A stretch of 63,814 bases of DNA, the filler included, from Octopus bimaculoides (lineage: Eukaryota): NCBI RefSeq assembly GCF_001194135.2. It is 4 parts of 4 records of this genome, joined end to end, with 100 filler letters (N's around TTAATTAATTAA, not from the genome) between each part and the next. Parts side by side here need not be neighbours in the genome. Positions count along the whole stretch, not along the records: positions 1 to 14,055 come from NC_069003.1; 3 more parts are not named here. The stretch is one strand, 5' to 3'. The notes under the pieces are model-generated. The model was not told the origin of the DNA. It was given only the letters and a program-made list of their open reading frames with translations, and did not search any database. This document shows positions 1-14,155 of the stretch, one piece after another. The position numbers and the translations under genes are program-made. Every line of letters starts with the position of its first letter. Position 1 is the stretch's first letter.

Positions 1-228
1 GGTGACACATACAAGTAGCTGAAACATCAAGAACATGCTTGATATGATAGTCAGTATATATATATATATATACAAATAATAACAACAGACGAGGACAGGT
101 GGTGTAAATAACAAATATATATATACACACACACACATATATATACATATATACATACATGCATGCATGCATATATATATACATGCATACATACATTCGG
201 CATCCAGTGGCTGGTATGCTTTCTTTCC

Positions 229-385
229 AGGCGCAGGAGTGGGTATGAGGTAAGAAGCTTGCTTCCCAACTACATGGCTCTGGGTTCCGTCCCACTGCGT
301 TGCACTTTGGGCAAGTGTCTTCTACTATAGCCTCGGGCCGACCAAAGCCTTGTGAGTGGATTTGGTAGACGGAAACTGAAAGACA
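229..385 (+). mobile_element. tRNA-derived SINE family 1 (CORE-like), 5' half
   Basis: GGCGCAGGAGT..GGTAAG head, GGGTTC B-box, CTT(T)GGGCAAGT CORE-like motif; dozens of copies in the window. Confidence 0.85.
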
Positions 386-540
386 CACACACTCATATAT
401 ACAACGAGCTTCTTTTCAGTTTACCAAATCCACTCACAAGGTTCTTGTCGGCCTGAGGCTGTATATAGTAGAAGACACTTGGTCAAGGTGCCACGCAATG
501 GGAGTGAACCCAGGATCATGTGGTCGGGAAGTATACATAA

Positions 541-571
<31 letters not shown>

Positions 572-1276
572 GAAATCAAGTAATAACACACCTAATGACG
601 TGAAGTAATAGATGCACACAATAAGTGCTATGAAGGCTAAAACACCAACTTGAACCGCAACTAAATGCTAGGGAGGCTACAGCAGCCTAAAGACGGTTGG
701 CTGAAGACAATTTATCAACCGAGCACAAATGCCAGAATCTAACCTTGATACCAGTTGTTACCAGTTGTCTATAATTTCATTCTATAAAAAGCTGCGGGAT
801 CTCTCACCATTTCTGTGTGTGACAGTTCTTATCATATCCGTGTATAACATATTTGCGAAGATACGTGAATGAATGCGTATGAAAAGGAAGAGACCGCAAA
901 GATCGGGGTTAATCATTCAAGATAAACATTTTGTTATCTATAAGCCTCTCTCCCCTCCCCCTCTCTCTCTCCCTCTTTCTCTATCTATCTATCCATCTAT
1001 ATATATATATGTATGTATGTGTATGCGGGGGGTGTATGAGAGAGACAGACAGGGAGTGTGTACGTGAGAAAGTGCACTTCGTTTGTGAATTAACAAATCA
1101 ACCAATATTTTAATATGAAGAGATCTTCGCAATTGTTCAAGCCTATCACATGAAAGTGTGGGTTCGAATCCCACGCGTACAGAAAAAAAACGGTTCTTTT
1201 TTTCTGTCGTGGGCTTATGTGCCCCATAATTAGACTATTTTCTTTAGTCATTGAGCGGTGATCGCTTATAAAATAC

Positions 1277-1307
<31 letters not shown>

Positions 1308-1829
1308 TACAGAATTGTAAAAATCAACGCTGCTTAACCAAAACCATCGCAATGAAAGTATATATATATATATNNNNNNNNNNNNNNNNNNNNNNNNNNN
1401 NNNNNNNNNNNNNNNNNNNNNNNNNNNNNNNNNNNNNNNNNNNNNNNNNNNNNNNNNNNNNNNNNNNNNNNNNNNNNNNNNNNNNNNNNNNNNNNNNNNN
1501 NNNNNNNNNNNNNNNNNNNNNNNNNNNNNNNNNNNNNNNNNNNNNNNNNNNNNNNNNNNNNNNNNNNNNNNNNNNNNNNNNNNNNNNNNNNNNNNNNNNN
1601 NNNNNNNNNNNNNNNNNNNNNNNNNNNNNNNNNNNNNNNNNNNNNNNNNNNNNNNNNNNNNNNNNNNNNNNNNNNNNNNNNNNNNNNNNNNNNNNNNNAT
1701 ATATATATATATATATATACATACATATGTATATATACATATGTATGCATATATATGTATATATATATTTCTTTATTGCCCACAGGGGGCTAAACACAGG
1801 GGGGACAATCAAAGAGATTACGTCGATTA

Positions 1830-2110
1830 CATCCACTCTTCGTGCAGTCTCCGGTGTTCGGTCTGAAAGTGTTCTGTTCCGGCATTACACACGGACTTCC
1901 ATGCTTTCCGATTAAGAACCAGGGGCTCAAACCGTTTGGGAAGGACACCGCATAAAACGACAGACCGCTTCAGCACTACTACCATTGTTCCAAGTGACGC
2001 TACGAACATAGCAAGAACATGAGCCACTCTCAGCTCATATACGTCATAACGTTCGCTGTCGGTTTTCCACGCTGGCATGCGTTGGACGGTTCGACAGAAA
2101 CCAGCAAGCC
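1830..2110 (-). mobile_element. RTE-like LINE C-terminal remnant
   Basis: LVLNRKAWKSVCNAGTEHFQTEHRRLHEE resembles the RTE A-x-DR-x-x-W...G...FE..R motif. Confidence 0.55.
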
Positions 2111-3775
2111 AAAAGGACATTGTGTTTGTATGTGTGTAAAGAGAGAAGGGGGGTCCTTGAAAGGAACAATCTTGGGGGAAGTTTGGTGTTGTTTTACGAA
2201 ACACCATCACTTGCCCATACATGCAAGACTCTTCTCTCCAAGACCCTGATATTCTCCAAAGAGAAAGCAAGGATTTGAACCCAGAACGTAGAGAACAAAT
2301 GTCATAATGTAGTAAGGCACTGTACCTGATGTCCTCATGATTCTACCAAATCGCAACCGTTATACATACATATATACAGACAGAGAGACACACACGCGCT
2401 GATATATATATATATAAAATACAGTATACATTTAATACACATCAGAGATGCCCATAAAAGGGCATCTGACCCGCTAGAAAGAGCAGCCAAAGCTCTACAC
2501 CACAAATTAGGGATAATTTCGAAAAGGAATGAAAAATAAAAACATTTACCATCTATATTCCGAACCAGATTTCAAGTTATTTCAGCAAAACAAACTATTT
2601 TGCAAGGTCAACTATCATCAGCGGAATATCCTAGATCGAGATGTATGCACGAGGCACTACATAGAGAACATGACTTGTACATATATGTCTAATTTTTCAA
2701 AAATTACCGCGCATGTGCGGAATACCTAATCGGCAGCAAATACCAAAAAAATGCCGATTTTTTCAGAAATTAGCCAAAGAACATTTTATCATAATTAATA
2801 AGTCTTAAGGTAATATATATATANNNNNNNNNNNNNNNNNNNNNNNNNNNNNNNNNNNNNNNNNNNNNNNNNNNNNNNNNNNNNNNNNNNNNNNNNNNNN
2901 NNNNNNNNNNNNNNNNNNNNNNNNNNNNNNNNNNNNNNNNNNNNNNNNNNNNNNNNNNNNNNNNNNNNNNNNNNNNNNNNNNNNNNNNNNNNNNNNNNNN
3001 NNNNNNNNNNNNNNNNNNNNNNNNNNNNNNNNNNNNNNNNNNNNNNNNNNNNNNNNNNNNNNNNNNNNNNNNNNNNNNNNNNNNNNNNNNNNNNNNNNNN
3101 NNNNNNNNNNNNNNNNNNNNNNNNNNNNNNNNNNNNNNNNNNNNNNNNNNNNNNNNNNNNNNNNNNNNNNNNNNNNNNNNNNNNNNNNNNNNNNNNNNNN
3201 NNNNNNNNNNNNNNNNNNNNNNNNNNNNNNNNNNNNNNNNNNNNNNNNNNNNNNNNNNNNNNNNNNNNNNNNNNNNNNNNNNNNNNNNNNNNNNNNNNNN
3301 NNNNNNNNNNNNNNNNNNNNNNNNNNNNNNNNNNNNNNNNNNNNNNNNNNNNNNNNNNNNNNNNNNNNNNNNNNNNNNNNNNNNNNNNNNNNNNNNNNNN
3401 NNNNNNNNNNNNNNNNNNNNNNNNNNNNNNNNNNNNNNNNNNNNNNNNNNNNNNNNNNNNNNNNNNNNNNNNNNNNNNNNNNNNNNNNNNNNNNNNNNNN
3501 NNNNNNNNNNNNNNNNNNNNNNNNNNNNNNNNNNNNNNNNNNNNNNNNNNNNNNNNNNNNNNNNNNNNNNNNNNNNNNNNNNNNNNNNNNNNNNNNNNNN
3601 NNNNNNNNNNNNNNNNNNNNNNNNNNNNNNNNNNNNNNNNNNNNNNNNNNNNNNNNNNNNNNNNNNNNNNNNNNNNNNNNNNNNNNNNNNNNNNNNNNNN
3701 NNNNNNNNNNNNNNNNNNNNNNNNNNNNNNNNNNNNNNNNNNNNNNNNNNNNNNNNNNNNNNNNNNNNNNNNNNN

Positions 3776-3806
<31 letters not shown>

Positions 3807-4183
3807 TGAATATAGGTAGGTAGGTATACATGCCGGATTGAAAATAGACCGAGGTATGGTTATATAATTAAATACTTGTATATACATCAGTCGTGCATAC
3901 TGCATTGCAATTTGCATGTGTGTTTCGTTTCTACACACACACATACACTTGTTTATACATGTGTGTGTGTAAAGAGAGATAGAAGGAGGGAAAGAGGGGG
4001 ACATACACAGGGATAAAGAAGACACATGTAGGTGTTTGCATATAGGGAGAGGGGGAGAGAGAAAGAAAGAAAGAAAGAAAGAAAGAAAATGTCTGCTGTT
4101 ATTTTTATTTAGAAATACTTTTCATTTAATTATTTAATTTATCTATTATATTCAATTTATCTATCTATCTATCTATCTATATG

Positions 4184-4219
<36 letters not shown>

Positions 4220-5586
4220 AACAAGGCCTTTCATGCGTGTATGTTGTATGGGTTTAAAAGCACGGGTGTACACGTGTATCTGTTTTTCTGTCCGTTCGCG
4301 TCTGTGCGCCCGCCAGTGGTATGTTTAGACATATGGACACTCCAGTTAGAAGCAATTATAAGCGATTATAGGGCGGAAGAGGAAAAGATTTATCAGTTTA
4401 ATCAAATAGAAGGAGCTACCGTTGAGATATATTCCTACATAGACTGAATGGCCCCCGTGGCATGCTGGGAAAACTGCCAACTCTGCTGGAGTTTCTGCCA
4501 TTAAGACCAAAAACAGAAAAACATAAACGAAACCAGAACGATATAAAACGAAACAGAACACAATCTAGAACCTGAAACAAAGGCAGAAACCAAGAAAAAC
4601 AATTTACTGATAAATAAAGGCGACTGAGATATCCCATGAAGCCTGGAGGTAACCTTCTTGCCTTGAAGGTTGACTCAGAGGAAACGGTGGCGGAAACGGT
4701 AGAACGCCGAAGTAAATAAATAATTAACGATATTTAAGACGATAATCCTGCGTTCAATTCTCAACGGGGGTTGAGTTTTTATATGTTTTAATTATTGCTA
4801 TTATTGTTTTAATTCTTCCTTCTTATGATATTGTCCTCATAGAAACAAAAATCATTATTGTTGAACAGCTGTTGTCGCTTGTTCTACGAATCCGACAATC
4901 GGCGGAGTCCATCAAGAGGATCGCTTTATCACCACCACCCTTTAACAAAGCAAGGTAGTCGGTATTCTTTTCTCTCAGAGGTTCTCAACCGGGGTTCATT
5001 TTAGGGGGTCCACACGACAAAAAAGTAAATTGGGAATCCACAATATTTTAAGGACCCTTGAAAGAATTTTTTTATTAAGGTGTATGTATTGGTATGTATT
5101 GCAAGAAACAGCCAGGTTTCTTACTCTAACAGTTTGCATAGGTCAATCTATACAAGTTAATGTGTGTAAAACAAAATGGAGAATTTTGAAGGAAATATCT
5201 ATGGAACTAGTTTTTAAATACTGAATGGCTATAGGGGTCGACCAGAATAAAATAGTAATCAGAGAGGATCCACGCAAGCGAAATAGTAAATTGGGGATTA
5301 ACGATAGTATTCTGAAAAAAATTCAGATGATAAAAGTTAGCGGTTCTCCTTTGCTCTTTTACTTGTTTCAGTCATTTGACTGCGGCCATGCTGGAGCACT
5401 GCCTTTAGTCGAGCAAATCGACCCACCCCAGGACTTATTCTTTGGAAGCCTAGTACTTATTCTATCGGTTAATTTTTGCCGAGCCGCTAAGTTACGGGGA
5501 CGTAACCGCTCCATCATCGGTTGTCAAGCGATATTGGGGAGCGGGGGGACAAACACAGACACACAAACGTATACACACACACACAC

Positions 5587-5635
<49 letters not shown>

Positions 5636-6026
5636 NNNNNNNNNNNNNNNNNNNNNNNNNNNNNNNNNNNNNNNNNNNNNNNNNNNNNNNNNNNNNNNNN
5701 NNNNNNNNNNNNNNNNNNNNNNNNNNNNNNNNNNNNNNNNNNNNNNNNNNNNNNNNNNNNNNNNNNNNNNNNNNNNNNNNNNNNNNNNNNNNNNNNNNNN
5801 NNNNNNNNNNNNNNNNNNNNNNNNNNNNNNNNNNNNNNNNNNNNNNNNNNNNNNNNNNNNNNNNNNNNNNNNNNNNNNNNNNNNNNNNNNNNNNNNNNNN
5901 NNNNNNNNNNNNNNNNNNNNNNNNNNNNNNNNNNNNNNNNNNNNNNNNNNNNNNNNNNNNNNNNNNNNNNNNNNNNNNNNNNNNNNNNNNNNNNNNNNNN
6001 NNNNNNNNNNNNNNNNNNNNNNNNNN

Positions 6027-6084
<58 letters not shown>

Positions 6085-6437
6085 TGTGTGTACGAGCAAG
6101 GGTGTTTCTGAAAAGCGCCTGGTTTTGGATAAAAGAAAATACAGGAGGATCGGTTAACTATGCTTTTATGATTTCATCGAACCTATTACCCTCTTAGGAT
6201 TCACACTTACTGCAGCGGTCCTTCGCTTTTTCTCAGCCCTGTAAACAAACTCGGAAGGTTGGGTCTCAATTCAGGTCTTTTGCGATACCCTTAAATGCAG
6301 GAACTTCTGAGCATCCCCTCGTATAAATATGGGGTAACAGGTGTTTGGGACCTGACGATATGTCATAAATCTAGACCCCTTATGGACAGGAAACCTAAGG
6401 TGATCCCATAAACCGGCCTTCTCTATTTTTAGTATAC

Positions 6438-6739
6438 TCTTTTACTCTCTTTTACTTGTTTCAGTCATTTGACTGTGGCCATGCTGGAGCACCGCCTTTA
6501 GTCGAGCAAATCGACCCCAGTAAGCCTAGTACTTATTCAATCGGTTTCTCTTTTGCCGAACCGCTAAGTTACGGGGACGTAAACACACCAACATCGGTTG
6601 TCAAGCGATGTTGGGGGGACAAACACAGACACACAAACACACACATACATATACATATACATATACACGACGGACTTCTTTCAGTTTCCGTCTATCAAAT
6701 CCACTCACAAGGCTTTGGTCGGCCCGAGGCTATAGTTGA
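6438..6739 (-). mobile_element. SINE family 1 copy, CpG-intact
   Basis: Matches the family consensus seen at 28131-28545; truncated by a gap. Confidence 0.85.
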
Positions 6740-7075
6740 NNNNNNNNNNNNNNNNNNNNNNNNNNNNNNNNNNNNNNNNNNNNNNNNNNNNNNNNNNNNN
6801 NNNNNNNNNNNNNNNNNNNNNNNNNNNNNNNNNNNNNNNNNNNNNNNNNNNNNNNNNNNNNNNNNNNNNNNNNNNNNNNNNNNNNNNNNNNNNNNNNNNN
6901 NNNNNNNNNNNNNNNNNNNNNNNNNNNNNNNNNNNNNNNNNNNNNNNNNNNNNNNNNNNNNNNNNNNNNNNNNNNNNNNNNNNNNNNNNNNNNNNNNNNN
7001 NNNNNNNNNNNNNNNNNNNNNNNNNNNNNNNNNNNNNNNNNNNNNNNNNNNNNNNNNNNNNNNNNNNNNNNNNNN

Positions 7076-7113
<38 letters not shown>

Positions 7114-8071
7114 AGAAGAGAGAGTGAGAGAGGGAGGAAGAGAGTGAGAGAGACAGAGGGAGGAAGAAAGTGAGAGTGACAGACAGACAATCCGACAGAC
7201 AGACAGATAGATAGATAGACATACGTACGTACAGAGTGCGCTGTGCAACTGTGGGAGAAGAAAGAGATGTTGGTATGTGCATGTGTGTGTGCATGTGCTT
7301 GTGCGGGGGCGTGTGTGTGTCTAAATATTCGTGTCAATTACGCCAAAATCTCGCGAGTTGCCGATCTGCTTCAGTAACACAGATAAATTAAGAGATGAAA
7401 CCTGCAGCAAAATGAACAACGATAGCAATGTGTGTGTGTGCGTGTGTGTGAGTTCGTGTGTGCGTCTGTGTGTGCGAGCGTGTATGTGTATGTGTATATA
7501 TATATATATGTATGTATGTATGTATGTGTATATATATGTATATATATATATATGTGTATGTATATGTATGTATATATATGTATATATATTTGTATGTATG
7601 TATGTATGTATGTGTATATATCTGTATATATATATATATGTGTATGTATATATATATGTGTATGTATATGTATATATATATATGTGTATGTATATGTATA
7701 TATATATATGTGTATGTATGCGTATATATATATNNNNNNNNNNNNNNNNNNNNNNNNNNNNNNNNNNNNNNNNNNNNNNNNNNNNNNNNNNNNNNNNNNN
7801 NNNNNNNNNNNNNNNNNNNNNNNNNNNNNNNNNNNNNNNNNNNNNNNNNNNNNNNNNNNNNNNNNNNNNNNNNNNNNNNNNNNNNNNNNNNNNNNNNNNN
7901 NNNNNNNNNNNNNNNNNNNNNNNNNNNNNNNNNNNNNNNNNNNNNNNNNNNNNNNNNNNNNNNNNNNNNNNNNNNNNNNNNNNNNNNNNNNNNNNNNNNN
8001 NNNNNNNNNNNNNNNNNNNNNNNNNNNNNNNNNNNNNNNNNNNNNNNNNNNNNNNNNNNNNNNNNNNNNNN

Positions 8072-8111
<40 letters not shown>

Positions 8112-9912
8112 TACAGACATGTAGTATGGGAACTGGATTGAAGTGGATGAGCCAGAAAGGATTTGAGCTACATGTCGAGCAGACGGTGAGTTGCTACTGT
8201 TGATGTCTCCCACTAGTTTATATGTCGTTGTTATACATACTCATTGCACACATAAATATGCGAATGTGTGTGACAGAGAGAGAGAGAGGGGAGACAGACA
8301 GAGGGAGAGAGAGAGAGAGTACACAGTCAATGATTCATTATACCATTATTCCGAGTTTCGCTAGTACAGAAACTTGTGTCTAATTAATAAGATATCCGGT
8401 ATGTATTCTGTCAGGATCTCAATCGACGGGCCGCATCAAGCCGAGAAAATTGTTGCTGCTTTTTGACATAAATCCCTGAGAGCCATTAGATTTTGGGGAT
8501 ATTGCTAGGATATAAGAAGCAACACGGCGAATTTTCGCTTTTGGTAGTTAAATCTTGAATTCTCCGTGGTATTATATGAAGCTGACGCAAAACAGATACT
8601 CGTCTATGACGGCAATTAGAAATCAGATCGGACTTTCTTAAAAAAAAATTGCAGAGCACGAAATACATAATCCACAGAGATATAGAGTGGTTCTATTGAC
8701 AGGGATATATTTATCAGTTATGATCGGCTAGTCATGTTCTTGGTCTGTAGGTATATCAATCAAACCAGACAACAGAGTAGAGTTTGTTCTGTCGTGAGAT
8801 TCTAAATTCGTATAGATGTTAGTTATACTGAACATTGAGAGTGCTGGTGGTAAGGCCTGTATAGTTCCTCTGACGGAGTGAATGTAGCTATAAAGCACAA
8901 TGTATCAAATACATATGATATGCGCGTGTGCATGCGTGTGTGTCTTTGTATGTGTGTGTGTGCGAATGTGTATGAGTGTGTCTGTGTGTGTATGCTTTAA
9001 AGAATGTTATCAGGACAAAATAATAATTTCCTGATACAAATATTGATGTAAACATTGGGCAGAGTGCACAGCATTAAATGTTGCTTATAAGCTTTTACAT
9101 ACTATTAACAGATATGCAAAATATATGGCTAATAATTTAGACATCAGTTAAGCAAATTTTAGGGATAGGTGGTTGTTACTCGATACCTGAATGGTAATTT
9201 AATTTAGCAACCGCGATAAGATGAAAAACTAAGTTGACCTTGGCGCGATGCGAAAGTAGAACGTTAAGGCATTCTAATGACTCTGCCAGACAACGAATTA
9301 AATATATACATATTATAAATAAATAATTTGCAAGCTTTGCATTGATATTTTGCTGCGTAAAAACATTTCAAACATGAGGTCGAAAAATAGGAAAAATTCG
9401 TCTGTAGAGCGTAAACTATTTGAAATGTATATATACATGACTAATACAGAAAATACTCAAAGATATACACAAAGATATACACAAAGATATATACAAACTA
9501 TATACACATATATGTACATACGCATATATGTAAATGTGTATGTACATATATGTGTGTGTACATATACACATACAACCACACACCTTATATATGTACATAT
9601 ATACTGTAAGTGTGTGTGTAGATAGAGATATAGATAGGTAGATAGATAGATATACACATATAAACACATATATGCATATGTATACACTTATATACATATG
9701 TATATGCATATACATATATACACACTCGTACATATACGTGCCTAGATATAGGCGTAGGAGTGGCTGTGTGGTAAGTAGCTTGCTTACCAACTACATGGTC
9801 CCGGGTTCAGACCTACAGCGCGGCACCTTGGACAAATGTCTTCTACTATAGCCTCGAGCCGACCAAAGCCTTGTTAGTGGATTTGGAAGACGGAAACTAA
9901 AAGAAGCCCGTC

Positions 9913-9954
<42 letters not shown>

Positions 9955-10679
9955 CATGAAATACGAAAACAAATGAGTTCAATACGCAAACAACGAGAGA
10001 AACAAATGGTAAATAGGACAAGTAACATAAAGAACGACCCTTCATCAGAGTTGTCGGCTGACCGAGCAGTGAACAACTTTTACGTACCTTCGAAGGCAGT
10101 TGCTCCTACAAAAGCCAAAATAACAGATATGCATATGTATACACCTGTATTTATTTGTATATGCATATACAAATGTATACACCTGTATTTATTTGTATAT
10201 GCATATACAAATACACATATACACACTTGTACATTTATGTGCATAGATGCATCTAGATATGCATACATTAAGATAGACAGACTGACAGACAAACAGACAG
10301 AATTCGTGTAGCTAAAACCAGCACTAGAGAGTCCTTAGTGCTTTCCTGTGCTCACGCAGTTCAATACTGTTCTGTGAAGAACTGCGTGAAGCTTCAAATA
10401 TGAGGTCGGTAAATGGTTAAAATTCGTCTGCAGAGCGTTAACTATTTGAAATATACATACGTGACTCATACAAAAAAAAGTTAGTGAGATTTTCTCACGG
10501 GGAAACAAAGAAATAGTTGTTAATCTTAGTTTCAGATGGCCGAGTGAAATTAATACTCTACTTTATGATATTGAATGCTTATTTTTTTTGTTTCGTTTGT
10601 CATTATTGTATCAGAACAATACAAGTTTCAAGGACGAAAGTGTAGGAGAGGCTTCGCACAAACCCTGCCATCTATAATC

Positions 10680-11440
10680 CTCTCTGTTATAAGCACAAAG
10701 CCTGAAATTTTACGGAAGAAGGCCTGTCGATTATATTGATCCTAGTGATTGGCTGCTACGTGTTTTATCGATCCCAAAAGGATAAAAGGCAAAATCGATC
10801 CTCTCTGTTATAGGCACAAAGCCTGAAATTTTGCGGGAGCGTGTTAGTCGGTTAGATCGACCCCAGTACGTAACTGGGTCTTAATTCATCGACCCCAAAA
10901 GGATGAAAGGCAAAGTCGATGTGGGTGGTATTTGAACCCAGAACGTAAAGACGGACGAAATGCCGTGAAGTGTTTTGTCCGGAGTGCTAACGATTCTGCT
11001 AGCCGCCACTGATTTCATGCCCACTATAATGATTTCAAATTTTGGCACAAGGCCAGCAATTCTGAGCAGAGGAAGAAATCGGTAATATCGACACCGGTGC
11101 TCAATTGGTATTGATTTTATCGACCTCGAAAGGATAATATGCCGACATCGGCGGTATTCGAACCCAGAATGTAAAGACGAACGAAATGTCGCGAAGCATT
11201 TTGTCCGTGTCAATGAGAATGCCAGCCCACTGCCTTCCAACCAACTATAATAATCCTTTCTATTAAAAGCACGAGGCCTGAAATTTTTGGGGAAGGGTAA
11301 GTCGATTATATCGACCCCGGTACGTAACTGGTACTTATTTCATCGACCTCGAAATAATCAAAAAGGCAAAGCCGACCTCAGCGGAATTTGAACTCAGAAT
11401 GTAAAGACGGACGAAACGTCGCTAAACGATTCTGCTAGCT
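10680..11440 (-). mobile_element. Tandem cluster of about 4 SINE family 2 copies (GCCTTTCATCCTTTCGGGGTCGAT core, Meta/Sauria-SINE-like domain)
   Basis: Repeated AGGCACAAGGCCTGAAATTT..ATCGACCCC..AAGGATGAAAGGCAAAGTCGAC..GAACCCAGAACGTAAAGACGGACGAAAT units; superfamily name from recall. Confidence 0.85.
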
Positions 11441-11672
11441 TGCTAGGGGAACAAACACAGACACACACATATATATATATATACATATATACGACGGGAT
11501 TCTTTCAGTTTCCTTCTACCAAATCCACTCACAAGGCTTTGGTCGGCCCGAGACTATAGTAGAAGACACTTGCCCAAGATGCCACGCAGTGGGACTGAAC
11601 CCAGAACGATGTGGTTGGTAAGCAAGCTACTTGCCACACAGTCACTCATACATACATTCATATTTGTGTGAA

Positions 11673-11736
<64 letters not shown>

Positions 11737-12119
11737 TACATATACACAACTAAATATCGTGTGAGCAAATGCGTATATGCATATATATAGAAATACTTAA
11801 TATTCAAAGATACTTACACTTTGCAGATGTGTGTATATACGCTGTGTACATCTATGTATATATTGTGTGTGCATGTGTACGACTTTGAGTGTGTCTGTAC
11901 TAGGCTGCGTGTGTGTGTATGTGCATGTGTGTGGGAGGCGGGTTGTGCGTGCTTGCGTGCATGCGTGCGTGCGTGCGTAGATCGTTAGACATCAACATAT
12001 CCGCATAGAAAAAAAAAAAGTAATTCTCCAGTTGCTGTATTCGTTTAGTTACTAAATGTCGTTTTTGCTTCTATTTCCTTTGAGTTTCAAGTTCCATTCA
12101 GTAGCAACGAGTAGCCAGT

Positions 12120-12132
12120 AAGCAGCAGCAGC

Positions 12133-12189
<57 letters not shown>

Positions 12190-12190
12190 T
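12120..12190. repeat. (AGC)n(AGT)n microsatellite
   Basis: Directly visible. Confidence 0.95.
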
Positions 12191-13594
12191 GTAGAGCGAC
12201 ACAGTAAAGCAGCAGGAATCATTTGGGAGTTGTAATAAACACGTGGAAATTAAAAACGTAAAAGCCGCACACTTGATGCGTCGCCCTGTTTAATGCCTAT
12301 GAATGCCTTTTGCAGAGTCCATAAGACGCAAATATTGCCCTTGTGACAGCACTGCGAGGCCTCTAAGAGTTTAGGGGAGATGTCCGTAGTCTCGCTCTTG
12401 AAATTAAGAGCACAAGAGAGACATTTCTGAAATCCAAATTGATTAAACATTGATGGAGAAAGGTGTGTGGGCACCAGCATTCATTTGTGTAGGTAAGTCT
12501 CTTTCTTTAGTTGCTGGCGACTGGGAACATATTTCAACCTTGTCACTCTTTCTTTAAGTCGCTTACAACTAAGAACATGTTTCGGCTTTGTTAAACCTCC
12601 ACATCGAAGCTCAACACAATGCACTTATCAGGCGTTAAAATAACTGAGACGATGAAAATTACACGTGAAAAACATATTCACAGTCTAAAATAATAAGGTA
12701 TATGGAAATTTTTCTCAGTGATACCTTCTGAGTGAAAATGATATAGTTAAACGCAAGCTAACATGTTTCGTGCAGATGTAGTTTTTACTCAAATTTCTCT
12801 CCAATTATTTAGATATACCTGATGATTTCAATCTCTAATCACAGCCCTATCATCTTTTCCCATTCCTTAACGCTGCCTGCCTCTGGTGTAGCCTATTTTT
12901 CTTACTCTATCCGCCTATATATTTTTGCTCATACCCCATACCTAGCCGCCTATTTATATTTACATATATATATATATATATTTATTCCTTTACCTACATT
13001 TTCACTTCATCTCTGACCTACTTTTTCCCACTCTTCTTCCTTCTTATCTAGTCAGTCTATTTTCTTCTTTCATCTACGTCTTTTCCCTCCGCTATTTTCT
13101 CATGTTTTACCTCCTACCTAGCTAATTTGTTGCTTCTTGTTACACAAGCCAACCTTCTGCTTCTGGCTTCATGTCTTCAGCAGTCTATCGCTTGATTCTA
13201 AAACACATCTAAATTTATTGTAATCTATATTTACATAGTTTGTTCTGTACTGAATGACTTTTTTTGTCAATAACAACATCTTGTCGTCCCCTAAGTGAAA
13301 CTTAGTCTCGAAATTCGAAGATCTTTTCAAAGTCGTATTTAATTTATTATTTATTATTATTTTTTGGGGGTTTATTTTTTTTTTCATTTCGGTGGGGTGT
13401 TTTGCTTTTTATTTGTTTTGTTGTTTGATTTTTTTTTACCAGATGTTATTTATGTATATAATTAAGCAGGACAGATATTAATTAATTCTTTGAGGAGATT
13501 CATTACGTTATCATTACTGCCTACATTTCACCTTAATAAACACTTCTATTACAACATCTAAACTATTTACAGATGTTGTTTACATACCCGATTA

Positions 13595-13821
13595 GTTTGA
13601 GAGAGCGAGAGGGAACGAGAGAAAAAGAGGGAGGGAGCAAGGAGGGGGAGGGAGGGAGAGAAAGAAAGAGAGAGAGAAAGAAAGAGAGAGAGAAAGAAAG
13701 AGAGAGAGAAAGAAAGAAAGAAGGAAAGAAAGAGAGAGAGAAAGAAAGAAAGAAGGAAAGAAAGAAGGAAGGAAAGAAGAGAAGAGAGGGGGAGAACGGA
13801 ACAAAGAAAGAAAGAAAGGTT

Positions 13822-13871
<50 letters not shown>

Positions 13872-13936
13872 CAGGCAGACAGACAGACGGTTAGACAGAC
13901 AGACAGACAGGCAAGCAGGCAGACAGGCAGGCAGAC

Positions 13937-13967
<31 letters not shown>

Positions 13968-13991
13968 TAGATAGATAGATAGATAGATAGT

Positions 13992-14023
<32 letters not shown>

Positions 14024-14040
14024 AAGAAAGAAAGAAAGAA
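13595..14040. repeat. Compound (GA)/(GAAA)/(GATA)/(GACA) microsatellite
   Basis: Directly visible. Confidence 0.95.
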
Positions 14041-14055
14041 CTTCGCTGAGATATA

Positions 14056-14155
14056 NNNNNNNNNNNNNNNNNNNNNNNNNNNNNNNNNNNNNNNNNNNNT
14101 TAATTAATTAANNNNNNNNNNNNNNNNNNNNNNNNNNNNNNNNNNNNNNNNNNNN
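14056..14155. other. Artificial contig join (44N-TTAATTAATTAA-44N)
   Basis: Identical 100-nt structure occurs three times. Confidence 0.95.

Noticed and set aside
51-8213. Many long ORF-track entries rich in X, YI, CV or HT (also at 21.5-22.5k, 30.8-32.1k and 62-63k)
   Set aside because: They translate N gaps and dinucleotide microsatellites.
14100-14111. TTAATTAATTAA as a biological motif (also 34564 and 61321)
   Set aside because: Centred in identical 44N spacers; an assembly linker with stops in all frames.
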